A stretch of 64,000 bases of DNA from Candidatus Thorarchaeota archaeon (GCA_029858305.1 JAOUFI010000001.1:128087-192086), one strand, 5' to 3'; shown: positions 8,122-19,202, counted from the first letter of the stretch. The notes: a model not told the origin generated them from the letters alone. Numbers and translations are program-made.

Positions 8122-9441
8122 TTGCAGGGATTGAGTGAGCCCGTGAGTGAGAATCTGTATGAATTTAAAAAGAAACGAGCTGAGCGGTTGCTGTCGCGTC
8201 CTTTTTGGAAACCAAAATGCAAGTTCTTAAGGACGCTGCTTCCGTCATTAACAGTATTGCTGTGTTTGCTTTTGGCCGAGTATAGCTTGCCAGCATCCGC
8301 AACCGTGGGGGCTCAACAACCGCCCATTGAGTTCGTACGCAGCATTCAGGTAACGCCAGATGATGAATTTCTAACCGGTAGCTTTGCCCGCATCAATTAT
8401 GTACCAGCAACTAGTCGTTTTGTTGTCACATTTGGAATAAAGGCAAGTACAGAACCGAACACATCCTTAGGAGCAGGATATGCCTTTAAAGAGTACAACT
8501 TGGACATGCAGGAAACTGGCAAGTCCGGAATCATCCAATGGTACCCCAATGTGCCTGGGGCGGGTGATTCGGGTTCCTGTATGGTCAACAATACCTACTA
8601 TTGTGCCTTCGTTTCGCAGACCAACCCAGAGTATGGCTGGACTATAATCAAATATGATGCAACTAATTGGACACGCTTGGAAGAATTGTTTTTCCCACTC
8701 GAAGAACCGAATCAGGGAAACTATGATCCCTGTGTCGCATATGTCAATGGACAGCTTGATATCTGCAACCAGTACAATCCTTCAGGAATCTGGCAACAGG
8801 GATTTTCCTCTCGCCATTACTTCTTTACAGCAGACCTCCAACCGATAGGAATGGTAACTGTCGATGATACTCCTCATATTTCAGGGGCTTCCATTATCTA
8901 TGAAGATGGTATCTACTACTATGTGTCTGCTAACGTCTACAATGGTGCTCTTGTTTTGATGAAATATGATAGTGATTGGAACTATCTCGGAATGAAGAAT
9001 CTAATGCCTCAAGCTCACTGGTCACAAGGCTTACTCTCTGATGGACGATTCTTCTATCTGGCATACTTGGATACTAGCCTGAGAAACCCTGACAACCCTG
9101 AGATTTTCTTTCCAGTCTATCCGAATGTGCGCCTCGCAGTGTTCGATCGCGACTGGAATCTCGTCCACATCGAGAATGTCACAGATTTTGCTCGCTCTGA
9201 TCACAAGAAGGGAGGTAGGCCCTGGGTAATTCTTCACGGAAATCTGTTGTATGTGTCTTACGATGTGGACACGGTGAACGTCACGACCGAGGAGGAGGAA
9301 CTGAAGTGGCAAGCCCACGTTAGCATCTATGAGATCTCAGAGTTGTCTGAAGGCGTTGACTTGATGTGGCCGCTGCTGACAGTAGGTATCATTTCTGTTG
9401 CAGCGATAGCAATCGCTTATGCAATCAAAAAGAAACGTTAA
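8122..9441 (+). CDS. Hypothetical exported or anchored protein with an N-terminal hydrophobic segment and a C-terminal TM anchor followed by KKKR.
   Basis: It is 439 aa. The N-terminal segment is LLPSLTVLLCLLLAEYSLPASA and the C-terminal segment is LLTVGIISVAAIAIAYAIKKKR. The architecture is the same as the LVIVD protein at 1113-2258. Confidence 0.5.
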   Translation: MQGLSEPVSENLYEFKKKRAERLLSRPFWKPKCKFLRTLLPSLTVLLCLLLAEYSLPASATVGAQQPPIEFVRSIQVTPDDEFLTGSFARINYVPATSRFVVTFGIKASTEPNTSLGAGYAFKEYNLDMQETGKSGIIQWYPNVPGAGDSGSCMVNNTYYCAFVSQTNPEYGWTIIKYDATNWTRLEELFFPLEEPNQGNYDPCVAYVNGQLDICNQYNPSGIWQQGFSSRHYFFTADLQPIGMVTVDDTPHISGASIIYEDGIYYYVSANVYNGALVLMKYDSDWNYLGMKNLMPQAHWSQGLLSDGRFFYLAYLDTSLRNPDNPEIFFPVYPNVRLAVFDRDWNLVHIENVTDFARSDHKKGGRPWVILHGNLLYVSYDVDTVNVTTEEEELKWQAHVSIYEISELSEGVDLMWPLLTVGIISVAAIAIAYAIKKKR

Positions 9442-9518
9442 CAAATGCCTAGAGAGAAGAGAAGTAAGTCTTAGATTAGGCATCTAGAGAATCTACTCAG
9501 AAAAATAGACAAATGAAA

Positions 9519-9616
9519 AAATGAAAGGGTGGCTCAACAATGACAGGCGAGGGAAAGTACCCCTGAATACCTGACCCCGTCAGCCTATACCCCAAGTCCA
9601 TCTGAGATGGACAAGC
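9519..9616 (+). repeat. Copy H, the reference copy and the native 3' trailer of the 16S rRNA gene (read on the plus strand; the trailer RNA is its reverse complement).
   Basis: It is directly contiguous with the 16S 3' end (aggaggtgatcc at about 9619-9630). On the minus strand it ends in oligo-U tracts (CCACCCUUUCAUUUUUUCAUUUGUCUAUUUUUC). Confidence 0.9.
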
Positions 9617-9619
9617 ATA

Positions 9620-11120
<1,501 letters not shown>

Positions 11121-11563
11121 TGGTCCTAATTATTGTACATGTTAGCAAGGCATGACTGGAGTAGAATTCAGTCACCATGTACAACGTTTTCACACATAGA
11201 ACTTTATTCGCTTGATGAAGTACAGGCGTAACGAGGTTAGCAGAGATGGCTTACCCTAATTATACCTGCACAATGTTGAGCCTTTCTTAGACCTGAGGGC
11301 ATTCTGACACTTGTGCCAGTCTATCTCACGTCCGCATCTTGTCATCGCATCTGGAAATCGCGGGCCATCATAGCTTGGCATTCGCCGACAGCATCCGGCC
11401 TGACACCGTATGATGCGAAAGCAAACACCCCCGCGAGGAGTTCTCATAAAAAGCTTTCCAAGGGGCCGCCAGATGCTCAATTATGCATTTATGGAAACAA
11501 TTTGGGAGTATTGAATTTACAAAAATTCGCAGGATTAGTCTTTTGAAAATGCCGTAAAAGATA

Positions 11564-14254
11564 TTGAGATGCTTTGGCACGAAGCTTCATAACAATGACC
11601 ACTTTTGCATAGACAAAGAAAATACACAGGAGACAGCCTATGTGACTGATTTTCATGAATATCTTGAGTCGTTAATAGGAAACGGAATTCAAGGTGCTGA
11701 AGCCCTCCTTCATGCGGAACGGGAGGAGTTTGCATTTCCCACAGCAAAACCTCAATGGGCACCTCCAAGGCATTATAAGATACTGCATCTGAGAATGGAT
11801 TGGAGAATTGACCTTAAGAATGAGCATGTTGACGCGGTTTCTTCAATTCGCATAGAGAGTGTTGTACCAGAGCTGAAGAGGATCTTTCTTCATGCTGCTG
11901 AGCTGAAGATTGCCAGCATCACAGATGGAAAGGGTAATTCTCTGCATTTTGAGATGATGCCTGACGAACAGGCGATGTTTGTGGACTTGGTTCATGACCT
12001 CAATGAGAAAGAGCCTGAAGATCTAACTTTTAGCTATTCAATCGACCATCCAAGAACTGGTCTTTTCTTCACTAATCCCTGTCCTGAGTTTCCAGATATA
12101 GAAACTAGTGTTTGGACACAGATGCAGGATGATTATGCGCGATATTGTGTTCCTGTGTATGATAATCCAAGTCACAAGTTCCCAACAGAAACGATTGTTA
12201 CAGTTCCCAAAGGTTACTTCGCTATGAGTAATGGATATCTAAAGAGTCGAGTTGAACATGAAGATGGAACGGAAACCTTCCATTGGGTTCAGGAGAAACC
12301 AATTCCAGCATATCTAATCACCGTGGCGGCCTCTGAGTATGTTGAGTACAAGGAAGATCTAGATGGTCTCGAAGTAAGCTATTACGTTCACAAGAAATGG
12401 GATCGGGATACAGTCTATCGATCCTTTGGAAAGACCCCCGAGATGATCAAGTTCTTTGAGTCTAAACTGGGTGTTAAATTTCCATGGGTTAAGTATGCAC
12501 AAGTTACTGCAGCCAATTTTCTCATTGGAGGCATGGAAAACGCCAGTGCGACAACACAAACTGATGGTACCTTACACGATGAAAAAGCCCATAGTGACAT
12601 CGAATCTGATGGATTGGTCGCTCACGAACTAGCACATATGTGGGGCGGAGACCTGGTAACATGCAGAACCTGGTCGCATGGGTGGCTCAATGAGGGGTGG
12701 GGTACGCAGATGCAGAATGAGTGGAAACGTCATGACAAGGGAGATGAGGAATATCTCTATGACCAATATGGCAAGCAGAAGTCCTACTTTGATGAAGACA
12801 AGAATAGATATCGTCGGCCAATCGTGAAAAATGAGTGGGAACGAGGTTCTGATGTGTTCGATGCACATCTATACCCAGGTGCTGCTTGGAGATATTACAT
12901 GCTAAAGCATCTTGTAGGGGAAGACCGCTGGTGGAAAATCCTAGGCGAGTGGCTGACCAGATTCTCATACAAAGCGGCCTATACACATGATCTTGAGAGT
13001 CTTTTCACAGAAATGACTGGTGAGGATTATGGGTGGTTCTTTGAACAATGGCTGTATAAAGCAGGATATCCGGAATGTAAAATCAAAATCGAGTACAATA
13101 ATGAACTAGTTGATTATGTTCATGTCAGAGTCGAACAGACTCAAAAGACAGACGATGGCATGACACCAGAAGTGTTCCTTTTTCCACTCACTGTTGAGTT
13201 TGTTAATAGCGACGGAACGCGAACCCGTTGTGCTATGCAAATTAACGAACGAGTAAATGGATTCTATTATCCAGTTAAAAATAAGCCACTGCAAGTAGTA
13301 ATTGATCCGGATTACACAACACTCATGGACTGGGAAATTGAGAAACCCGAGCCTATGTGGATTGAACAGCTATGCAAAGGCACGAATACAATACAGAAGA
13401 TTAAGGCTGCACAGGCATTAGGGAAAAAAGCAACTCCAAAAGCTGTGGAAGCATTAGGGAAAGTCCTTCTTGAAGAAACGTTCTGGGGTACGCAGGTCGA
13501 GATAGCAAAAGTCCTCGGTTCAATCAAGTCAGAATCAGCCTTAGAATGGCTTCTTAAAGCAACCACAATTAAGGACACAAAGGCAAGAACCGCAATTGCC
13601 ACCGCGCTTGGGAAATTTTATAGAAGCGATAGAGCCTTGTCAGCTCTTAAGAAACTCCTGGATGACACGGAGAGCTATTTTGTTGTAGCAGCCGCAGCCG
13701 CATCAATTGGGAAGATTCAACATGACTCCTCGTTCGATGTGCTTTCAAAATTCCTTAAGCACTGCCCTCCAAGCTGGCACGATGTCATTGAGATAGGTTG
13801 CTTAGAGGGAATTGCAGCAACCGAGAAGAAGGAAGCAATAGACATTCTAAAGAAGTATCTCGAACTTGGAACGAGCGATTTGATTAGACGCATGGTTCCT
13901 GATATGCTAGCCCCTCTAGGAAAACGGTTCAAGAAGGAACATCCTGAGATAGGCTCGCTCATTGAGAAACACATTCTCGATAAATCATACCGGGTGCAGG
14001 CAATGGCAATCTCTGCAAGTACTAAATTAGAAGATCCCTCGCTGATACCAACCCTATCGAAACTTGCTGAGCAGGCTGCAGAGAGTGGGATTGTTCGCAG
14101 ATGCAGAGTAGCCATACGGGACCTGAGCAAGAAGAAGGAACCTAAGGAAATTGATTCCCTAAAGAAGAGTATAGAAGAACTTCAACGAGAGAACAGGGAG
14201 TTAAAGGACAGACTGGATAAGATAGAAGTCATGTTAGAGAAAAAAGAGGAATAG
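11564..14254 (+). CDS. M1-family zinc aminopeptidase (aminopeptidase N / tricorn-interacting-factor-like) with a C-terminal HEAT/ARM-repeat region and a coiled-coil tail.
   Basis: It has the GAMEN-like motif GGMENA and the zinc motif HELAHMWGGDLVTCRTWSHGWLNEGWG (HExxH-18-E). The C-terminus has repeated AxxALGK helices. The exact start is uncertain, possibly a GTG near 11642. Confidence 0.85.
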   Translation: MRCFGTKLHNNDHFCIDKENTQETAYVTDFHEYLESLIGNGIQGAEALLHAEREEFAFPTAKPQWAPPRHYKILHLRMDWRIDLKNEHVDAVSSIRIESVVPELKRIFLHAAELKIASITDGKGNSLHFEMMPDEQAMFVDLVHDLNEKEPEDLTFSYSIDHPRTGLFFTNPCPEFPDIETSVWTQMQDDYARYCVPVYDNPSHKFPTETIVTVPKGYFAMSNGYLKSRVEHEDGTETFHWVQEKPIPAYLITVAASEYVEYKEDLDGLEVSYYVHKKWDRDTVYRSFGKTPEMIKFFESKLGVKFPWVKYAQVTAANFLIGGMENASATTQTDGTLHDEKAHSDIESDGLVAHELAHMWGGDLVTCRTWSHGWLNEGWGTQMQNEWKRHDKGDEEYLYDQYGKQKSYFDEDKNRYRRPIVKNEWERGSDVFDAHLYPGAAWRYYMLKHLVGEDRWWKILGEWLTRFSYKAAYTHDLESLFTEMTGEDYGWFFEQWLYKAGYPECKIKIEYNNELVDYVHVRVEQTQKTDDGMTPEVFLFPLTVEFVNSDGTRTRCAMQINERVNGFYYPVKNKPLQVVIDPDYTTLMDWEIEKPEPMWIEQLCKGTNTIQKIKAAQALGKKATPKAVEALGKVLLEETFWGTQVEIAKVLGSIKSESALEWLLKATTIKDTKARTAIATALGKFYRSDRALSALKKLLDDTESYFVVAAAAASIGKIQHDSSFDVLSKFLKHCPPSWHDVIEIGCLEGIAATEKKEAIDILKKYLELGTSDLIRRMVPDMLAPLGKRFKKEHPEIGSLIEKHILDKSYRVQAMAISASTKLEDPSLIPTLSKLAEQAAESGIVRRCRVAIRDLSKKKEPKEIDSLKKSIEELQRENRELKDRLDKIEVMLEKKEE

Positions 14255-14271
14255 AGAAGAAGGCGATGGAA

Positions 14272-14295
14272 GGGCGGGGTTGTCCCCGCCTTTCA
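14272..14295 (+). terminator. GC-rich hairpin (ggcggggttgtccccgcc) followed by ttt, a putative terminator or 3' stability element after the aminopeptidase gene.
   Basis: A perfect 7-bp stem with a 4-nt loop lies about 20 nt after the stop codon. Confidence 0.35.
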
Positions 14296-14639
14296 AAGTA
14301 GATACAGGTGGTTCCTGTCTACTCATCTTGCAGTTGTCAGTGTCTTCCATCATGTATTAGGTCCTGTGAATTCGACCTATCTGCACAAACACGAGGACCA
14401 AGGCGGAAGTGATTGTAACAATCTTAGCGGCACGCTTCATGTTTTGCACGACCTATTTACTGCATTTTCAATATAAAGGCGCAATGAACGATACCACTAG
14501 ATGATTCGTCTAGAAGAAGTATTCGCACTAAATTCGGCCAAAACTTCAGGAATATGTCACCGAATGAGAGAAAAGTCATAGATGATTCATCCATCATCAA
14601 TAAGACCTAAACTGACAAGAATAGGATAGGCGTCACCTG

Positions 14640-15257
14640 ATGCAAGCGGAACTCGGTATAATAAGGTTGGACCTACTCTTCGAAATTATAAGTGGGATTA
14701 TCGCCTTGATGGTAACGTACTATGCCACCAAGGCATACCGATTAACTGGTCAGAAGAGGCTTTCTGACCTCTCTACAGGTTTTCTTGTACTCTCTGCAGG
14801 CATGTTTGGACGTGTAATCGGAACATGGTATTTTCTTGCAAGAGAACCAAGTGATGTCGTCTTTGGAATCGTCACAGTAGCCTATGGCGTATCAAGGATA
14901 ATGGCCTACATCATCTTTGTCATTTCTACAAGACCAATCCACAGAGAGCCACAGGAGTATGACAATGCAGGCATCTCTATGCTGTTAATGGCCACCTTTT
15001 TAGTTGACCCAGCCTTGGAGGTGATTGCCATATTCTTTCTGGTGATAGTTGTTTTGCAGGCTATCCTGAATTATATGACGACACGAAGTAAGTTTGCATG
15101 GTACGTCCTAGTCGGATTCGTTCTATTACTTGTGAGCCATATCATGATGGCCCAGGTAGGTGTGGCACCCGGCCTTTACCTACTAAGCCAAGGAGCACAG
15201 CTTCTTGGATTCTTGTCACTTTTGGTCATGCTATATCAGGCAGGCCGAGACATATGA
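14640..15257 (+). CDS. Hypothetical integral membrane protein with about 6 TM segments.
   Basis: It is 205 aa and dominated by hydrophobic helices. Confidence 0.5.
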   Translation: MQAELGIIRLDLLFEIISGIIALMVTYYATKAYRLTGQKRLSDLSTGFLVLSAGMFGRVIGTWYFLAREPSDVVFGIVTVAYGVSRIMAYIIFVISTRPIHREPQEYDNAGISMLLMATFLVDPALEVIAIFFLVIVVLQAILNYMTTRSKFAWYVLVGFVLLLVSHIMMAQVGVAPGLYLLSQGAQLLGFLSLLVMLYQAGRDI

Positions 15258-15547
15258 GCAAGAAACGACCCTATCGCTCAAAAATGCGCATATTGGCAGA
15301 CATGATGCGCGCTATCCAGAGTGAGGGGGAGGAAGGCGCAGGTCCAACAAAGATACTCTATTCCGCAAATCTATCACATGATCGGTTGACGCAGTATCTT
15401 GATGAACTCGTTGAAAAGGAACTCATTAAGGAGATGGATCCAGAGAGTAACAACAGGTCATATTTGCTCACCGAAAAGGGGAGAGAGTTCCTTAGAGAGT
15501 TCGTCAGAATGGAAAGATTTTCAGAAGCATTTGGAATCGAAATTTGA
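15254..15547 (+). CDS. Small winged-helix DNA-binding protein (putative transcriptional regulator). The start is reassigned to the internal ATG (MSKKRPY...), which overlaps the upstream stop in an ATGA arrangement.
   Basis: The C-terminal part (ILYSANLSHDRLTQYLDELVEKELIKEM...YLLTEKGREFLREF) has a winged-helix signature. The track ORF from 15098 has an N-terminus that overlaps the previous gene. Confidence 0.55.
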   Translation: MSKKRPYRSKMRILADMMRAIQSEGEEGAGPTKILYSANLSHDRLTQYLDELVEKELIKEMDPESNNRSYLLTEKGREFLREFVRMERFSEAFGIEI

Positions 15548-15599
15548 TGTGATCAATCAGACAAGGTTTTAAGAAATCGGAGGGGAAAAGTTCCTCAAT

Positions 15600-15676
15600 G
15601 GGCCGGTAGATCAGACCGGTAGATCGTCTGATTCGCATTCAGAAGGCCGCGAGTTCAAATCTCGCCCGGTCCACCA
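15600..15676 (+). tRNA. tRNA-Ala (anticodon CGC) without an intron and with an encoded CCA.
   Basis: The manual fold gives acceptor stem GGGCCGG/CCGGUCC with the G3:U70 Ala identity pair, anticodon loop UUCGCAU, and T-arm GCGAG-UUCAAAU-CUCGC. Confidence 0.8.
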
Positions 15677-15693
15677 TCCTATATTCAAAATTA

Positions 15694-16878
15694 TTAATCC
15701 TCACTCTTTTTTGTTCGAATGACTAGAAGTAAGAGTAACGCAAAGAATGTAAGAACAATCGAGTAAAGAAAAGCTGTTAGAGGACTGAATGAATCCCAGA
15801 GGTAACCAATAATCAATCCTGCAGGAAACGCGGAAATGCCGACAGCCATTTGAAATGCTCCAATGATGCTTGCGCGACGTTCCTCCTCTACTAGGTCCGC
15901 AACAAAGCTGGTCTGAACAGGGTCAAGAGCACCATTCATTAGACCGAAGAAGATGAATAAGGGGATTATTGTCAGCATATCGATGGTGAAGGAGTAAGCC
16001 CACAGGGAAGTCAGTATTAGGAAGAGAAAGGCTGCAATCATAACAGGTTTCCTTCCGACCCTATCGGAGATTCTACCAAAGGGGTATGCTGTTGCAGCAT
16101 ATACAACCACAAAGAGAAGATAGAGAAGTGTCTGTTGTGATACATCATAACCAAAAGAGGCAGAATATAGTATCAAGAGAGAGTAACTGAATGTTGCAAG
16201 TGCAAACAAAACAGAAGCTACTAAGAATATCTTCAGGTTTGTATCAAGACCACGAAAACTTACGCCCTTGAAAACATCCCGCCCACGTTTTTCTTTGATT
16301 AGCAATGAAACAACGAGTATGGAACCAATACTTGGGATAACAGCCAATAGAATGATTCCAGTATAACCAAGATACGCAAAGAGAACGAATGTGATAAGAG
16401 TTCCAATCGCTGCCCCTCCCGTATCGAAGGCACGGAGTATACCAAATGCACGTCCCCTCGTCTTCTCAGAGGCATACGCTGCAACTATTGCATCACGTGG
16501 CGGCCCACGCATCTTACCGAGACGATCCATTGATTTCCAGAACAGAATCTGGAGATACTGAAATCCAATGGTTGCAATGATAAAACCAACACGTGCGAAT
16601 GCTGATAATGTGTAGCCCAGAGTAATGAACGCCTTTCGCTTCCCGGTTCTATCTGAAGCATAACCAGCACCTAGCTTCGATAGAGAAGTGATCATCAACG
16701 CAAGACCATCAACAATTTGCACTTGACCAGGACTTATTCCAAGCTGAGTGGTAAGAAAAGTGGGCCAGATGGGGGCAATCATATCGGACCCAGTATCATT
16801 GAGCAGAGAGGCAAGGCCAAACACGTATGTTGGATTTCTTTCGGCTTGTTCTTCATATAGAGAATCGTCTATGGCCAT
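15694..16878 (-). CDS. MFS transporter.
   Basis: It is 394 aa with about 12 TM segments. The motifs GYASDRTGKRKAF and GRISDRVGRKP match MFS signature loops. Confidence 0.8.
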   Translation of the reverse strand: MAIDDSLYEEQAERNPTYVFGLASLLNDTGSDMIAPIWPTFLTTQLGISPGQVQIVDGLALMITSLSKLGAGYASDRTGKRKAFITLGYTLSAFARVGFIIATIGFQYLQILFWKSMDRLGKMRGPPRDAIVAAYASEKTRGRAFGILRAFDTGGAAIGTLITFVLFAYLGYTGIILLAVIPSIGSILVVSLLIKEKRGRDVFKGVSFRGLDTNLKIFLVASVLFALATFSYSLLILYSASFGYDVSQQTLLYLLFVVVYAATAYPFGRISDRVGRKPVMIAAFLFLILTSLWAYSFTIDMLTIIPLFIFFGLMNGALDPVQTSFVADLVEEERRASIIGAFQMAVGISAFPAGLIIGYLWDSFSPLTAFLYSIVLTFFALLLLLVIRTKKSED

Positions 16879-16950
16879 AGCATTCCACTACTTACTACAC
16901 GAAAATGACCTGCCTCTTATCTTGATTGGTATATTGTGAATTTGGAGTGA

Positions 16951-17382
16951 ATGGAAAACAATTTACCTAGAGAAAAACAGATTTTCAACATGGTCGAAGT
17001 GTTGCGAAAGGAGGTTTCATGCTCCTTTGATGAAGCAGTGAGGAGAGTCGAAGCAGCGTGCGAGAGAGAGGGCTTTGGAATTCTCCTTACGAAAAGAGTT
17101 GACACCATTTTCAAAGAGAAGCTTGGCGTTAATTATTCGCGTTATTCTTTCGTTCTTGCATGTGCTCCAGAACTTGCAAAGAAAGCTCTAGATGCATCAA
17201 AGGATGTGGGGACAATATTCCCATGCAGTTTTGCAGTCTATGAAGATGATGATAAAGTGATAGTAGCACACACTTCAATCATGAAAATTGCTTCAGAGGT
17301 TGGGCTTGCACAAAAGGAATTGATGGCACCAATCATCGATGAAACTGGAAAACGAGTTCGTAAGGTATGGGATAGAATTTAG
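16951..17382 (+). CDS. DUF302 domain protein.
   Basis: It is 143 aa. The sequence ...FGILLTKRVDTIFKEKLGVNYSRYSFVLACAP...IFPCSFAVYEDDDKVIVAHTS fits DUF302. Confidence 0.6.
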   Translation: MENNLPREKQIFNMVEVLRKEVSCSFDEAVRRVEAACEREGFGILLTKRVDTIFKEKLGVNYSRYSFVLACAPELAKKALDASKDVGTIFPCSFAVYEDDDKVIVAHTSIMKIASEVGLAQKELMAPIIDETGKRVRKVWDRI

Positions 17383-17428
17383 TTTCACTAATGGATACTT
17401 CAGAAGAACTAGGATAGGTTGGCAGCTC

Positions 17429-18202
17429 ATGGAAGATAGGATTCGAGAGCAGTGGGAGATTAATGCTGAATCGTTCACTGATCTCATTGCGGGAAACGGC
17501 ACTCCTCACCACAGACATATTCTCAACCCTTGTGTGGAGGAGCTACTTGGAGATGTTAAAGGCAAGAAACTCCTTGACGCTGGTTGTGGAGAGGGATACC
17601 TAGCTCGATATTATGCGAAGAAGGGAGCCTTTGTAACAGCTATTGATTTGTCTGAGCATCTAATAGAAACTTCAAAACAGTTGACTGAGAAGGAGAATCT
17701 AGCAATCACGTTTGAAGTGGGAAGTATCTGTCATCTTGATTCTATTCCAAATGATGTATTTGATATCATACTTGCGAATCTTGTCCTTCTGAATATTCCA
17801 TGTCTTGATGATTCCTTTAAGGAGCTCTACCGAGTACTTCGAAAAGGCGGGTATCTTGTTTTTTCCATCGTTCACCCGGCATTTAATTTCTATGGACCCG
17901 GTTCTTGGGAAATGGGTGAAAAGGACCCAGATACTGGGAGAAGAGAGGGAGTGTACTTCAAGGTCGATAAATACTTTGAAGAAAAGGAGTTCCAACGATA
18001 TTGGACAACTCGTAGGGGTGACAAATTCCCATCTGCTATAAGCTTCTTCCACAGAACACTGGCAACATACTTGAACAGTCTTATTTCAGCTGGTTTCAAT
18101 CTCATAACATTCAGAGAGCCTCAACCAATTGCTGATGACCCTTTCTTTGAGCGTGAAAAGCGGATTCCCTTCTTTGCTGTTTTCAAGGCAGAAAAGAGAT
18201 AG
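17429..18202 (+). CDS. Class I SAM-dependent methyltransferase. The start is moved to the internal Met to avoid overlap with the upstream gene.
   Basis: Motif I is LLDAGCGEGYLARYYAKKG. The post-I and II regions are VTAIDLSEHLIE and VLRKGGYLVFSIVHP. Confidence 0.75.
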   Translation: MEDRIREQWEINAESFTDLIAGNGTPHHRHILNPCVEELLGDVKGKKLLDAGCGEGYLARYYAKKGAFVTAIDLSEHLIETSKQLTEKENLAITFEVGSICHLDSIPNDVFDIILANLVLLNIPCLDDSFKELYRVLRKGGYLVFSIVHPAFNFYGPGSWEMGEKDPDTGRREGVYFKVDKYFEEKEFQRYWTTRRGDKFPSAISFFHRTLATYLNSLISAGFNLITFREPQPIADDPFFEREKRIPFFAVFKAEKR

Positions 18203-18262
18203 ATTATTGCCACGCCTAAACGCTTTTTCAGGGATATATAGTTGATTTAGTAGGTGTCTTAA

Positions 18263-18697
18263 ATGAGTGAAGATCCTGTATATTTTCCAGTTAGACTTGT
18301 ATGGACTGGCGGTAAGAGTGGAGAGATATCAATCGAGAGGAAAGCAATCATCAGAACAGGCACTCCTTTAGGTGATTCTAGCGAGGTGAACTACCATACG
18401 CCAGAGGACCTCTTTGTTGCCTCCGCTACAGTCTGTTACATGAATGGTTTCATCAATTTCACTAGGAAAATGCGCATAGAATTCAAAGCATTTGTTTGTG
18501 ATGCCATCGGAACTCTGGAGAAAGTAGACCGCAGCTTTGAGATAACCAAGATTGAAATGAAAACAACGGTTGAAATCGAATCTGAAGACCTTCGTGATAG
18601 GATCAATAGAGCTCTAGAACTTGCAGCCAAGTATTGTTTTGTTGGAAATAGTATGAAGTGTCCGATATCACATGATATTGAGATTGTAGTTGGATAA
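18263..18697 (+). CDS. OsmC/Ohr-family protein, the first of two tandem paralogs.
   Basis: The sequence PEDLFVASATVCYMNGFINFTRKMRIEF...AKYCFVGNSMKCPISHDIEIV shows the OsmC fold signature with a conserved Cys. Confidence 0.7.
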   Translation: MSEDPVYFPVRLVWTGGKSGEISIERKAIIRTGTPLGDSSEVNYHTPEDLFVASATVCYMNGFINFTRKMRIEFKAFVCDAIGTLEKVDRSFEITKIEMKTTVEIESEDLRDRINRALELAAKYCFVGNSMKCPISHDIEIVVG

Positions 18698-18748
18698 TCA
18701 CAACTAGAACCAAACCTTTTTTCATAATTATGAACAAAGTGGGCAAAG

Positions 18749-19192
18749 GTGATAGAGATGAGCGATGAGTCACACGAGTACTTTGTCAAAGTTGATTGGA
18801 AACACGATCGGGTCGGAAACTTGACTGTGAAAGGTAAGCCAAAAATACAGGTATCCGCACCTCCTGAATTCGACGGGCCTGAAGGAATCATATCCCCAGA
18901 GGACCTCTTTGTTGCTGCAGCAACCTCCTGTCTGATGACAACCTTTGTAACCTTTACAAAGAAATTACGTGTTGATTTCAAATCTTTCACCTGTGAGGGA
19001 CATGGAATATTAGAGAGGGTTGAGAAGGGATTTCAATTCACTAAGATTATTCTGAGAACAAAAGTGACTGTGGAATCAGAAGATTTCATACCCAAAACAG
19101 AGCGAGCATTAGAACTTGCAGGAAAGTACTGTCTTGTTGCTAATAGTATGAAGTGTCCAATCGAACACGAAAATGAAGTTGTTGTTGAATAA
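18749..19192 (+). CDS. OsmC/Ohr-family protein, the second tandem paralog.
   Basis: The sequence is PEDLFVAAATSCLMTTFVTFTKKLRVDF...GKYCLVANSMKCPIEHENEVVV. It is about 45% identical to the upstream paralog. Confidence 0.7.
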   Translation: MIEMSDESHEYFVKVDWKHDRVGNLTVKGKPKIQVSAPPEFDGPEGIISPEDLFVAAATSCLMTTFVTFTKKLRVDFKSFTCEGHGILERVEKGFQFTKIILRTKVTVESEDFIPKTERALELAGKYCLVANSMKCPIEHENEVVVE

Positions 19193-19202
19193 AGAAAGAT
19201 AG

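Noticed and set aside
9519-9580. Short ORF inside the repeat (atgaaagggtggctcaacaatgacaggcgagggaaagtacccctgaatacctga, giving MKGWLNNDRRGKVPLNT*).
   Set aside because: The frame is broken by a 1-nt indel in copy A. Copy E changes most residues while conserving the nucleotides, so conservation is at the DNA/RNA level and not the protein level.
768-9616. Whether the repeat family could be a CRISPR array.
   Set aside because: The units are about 90 bp with variable tails. The spacers are 0.3-1.7 kb and contain full genes. There are no cas genes, and the periodicity is wrong for CRISPR.
768-9616. MITE or IS-derived miniature element.
   Set aside because: There are no terminal inverted repeats between the element ends (5' gaaagggtggctc... 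against 3' ...ccatctgagatgg) and no target-site duplications are evident. All copies are co-oriented and locally clustered. This fits site-specific recombination or local propagation better than transposition.
768-9616. Integron attC sites.
   Set aside because: attC sites are conserved in structure but not in sequence. Here the copies are near-identical in sequence and identical to the 16S trailer. No IntI-like gene is visible in the window.
11121-11300. A 16S leader complementary to the trailer repeat, the processing stem/BHB partner.
   Set aside because: No convincing complementarity to the trailer element was found by eye in the 180 nt upstream of the 16S 5' end. It may lie further upstream or be weak, so it is not asserted.
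17339-17428. Track start of the methyltransferase ORF at 17339, overlapping the 3' end of the DUF302 gene.
   Set aside because: An internal Met at 17429, just after the upstream stop, gives a conventional non-overlapping gene. The N-terminal extension has no domain content.
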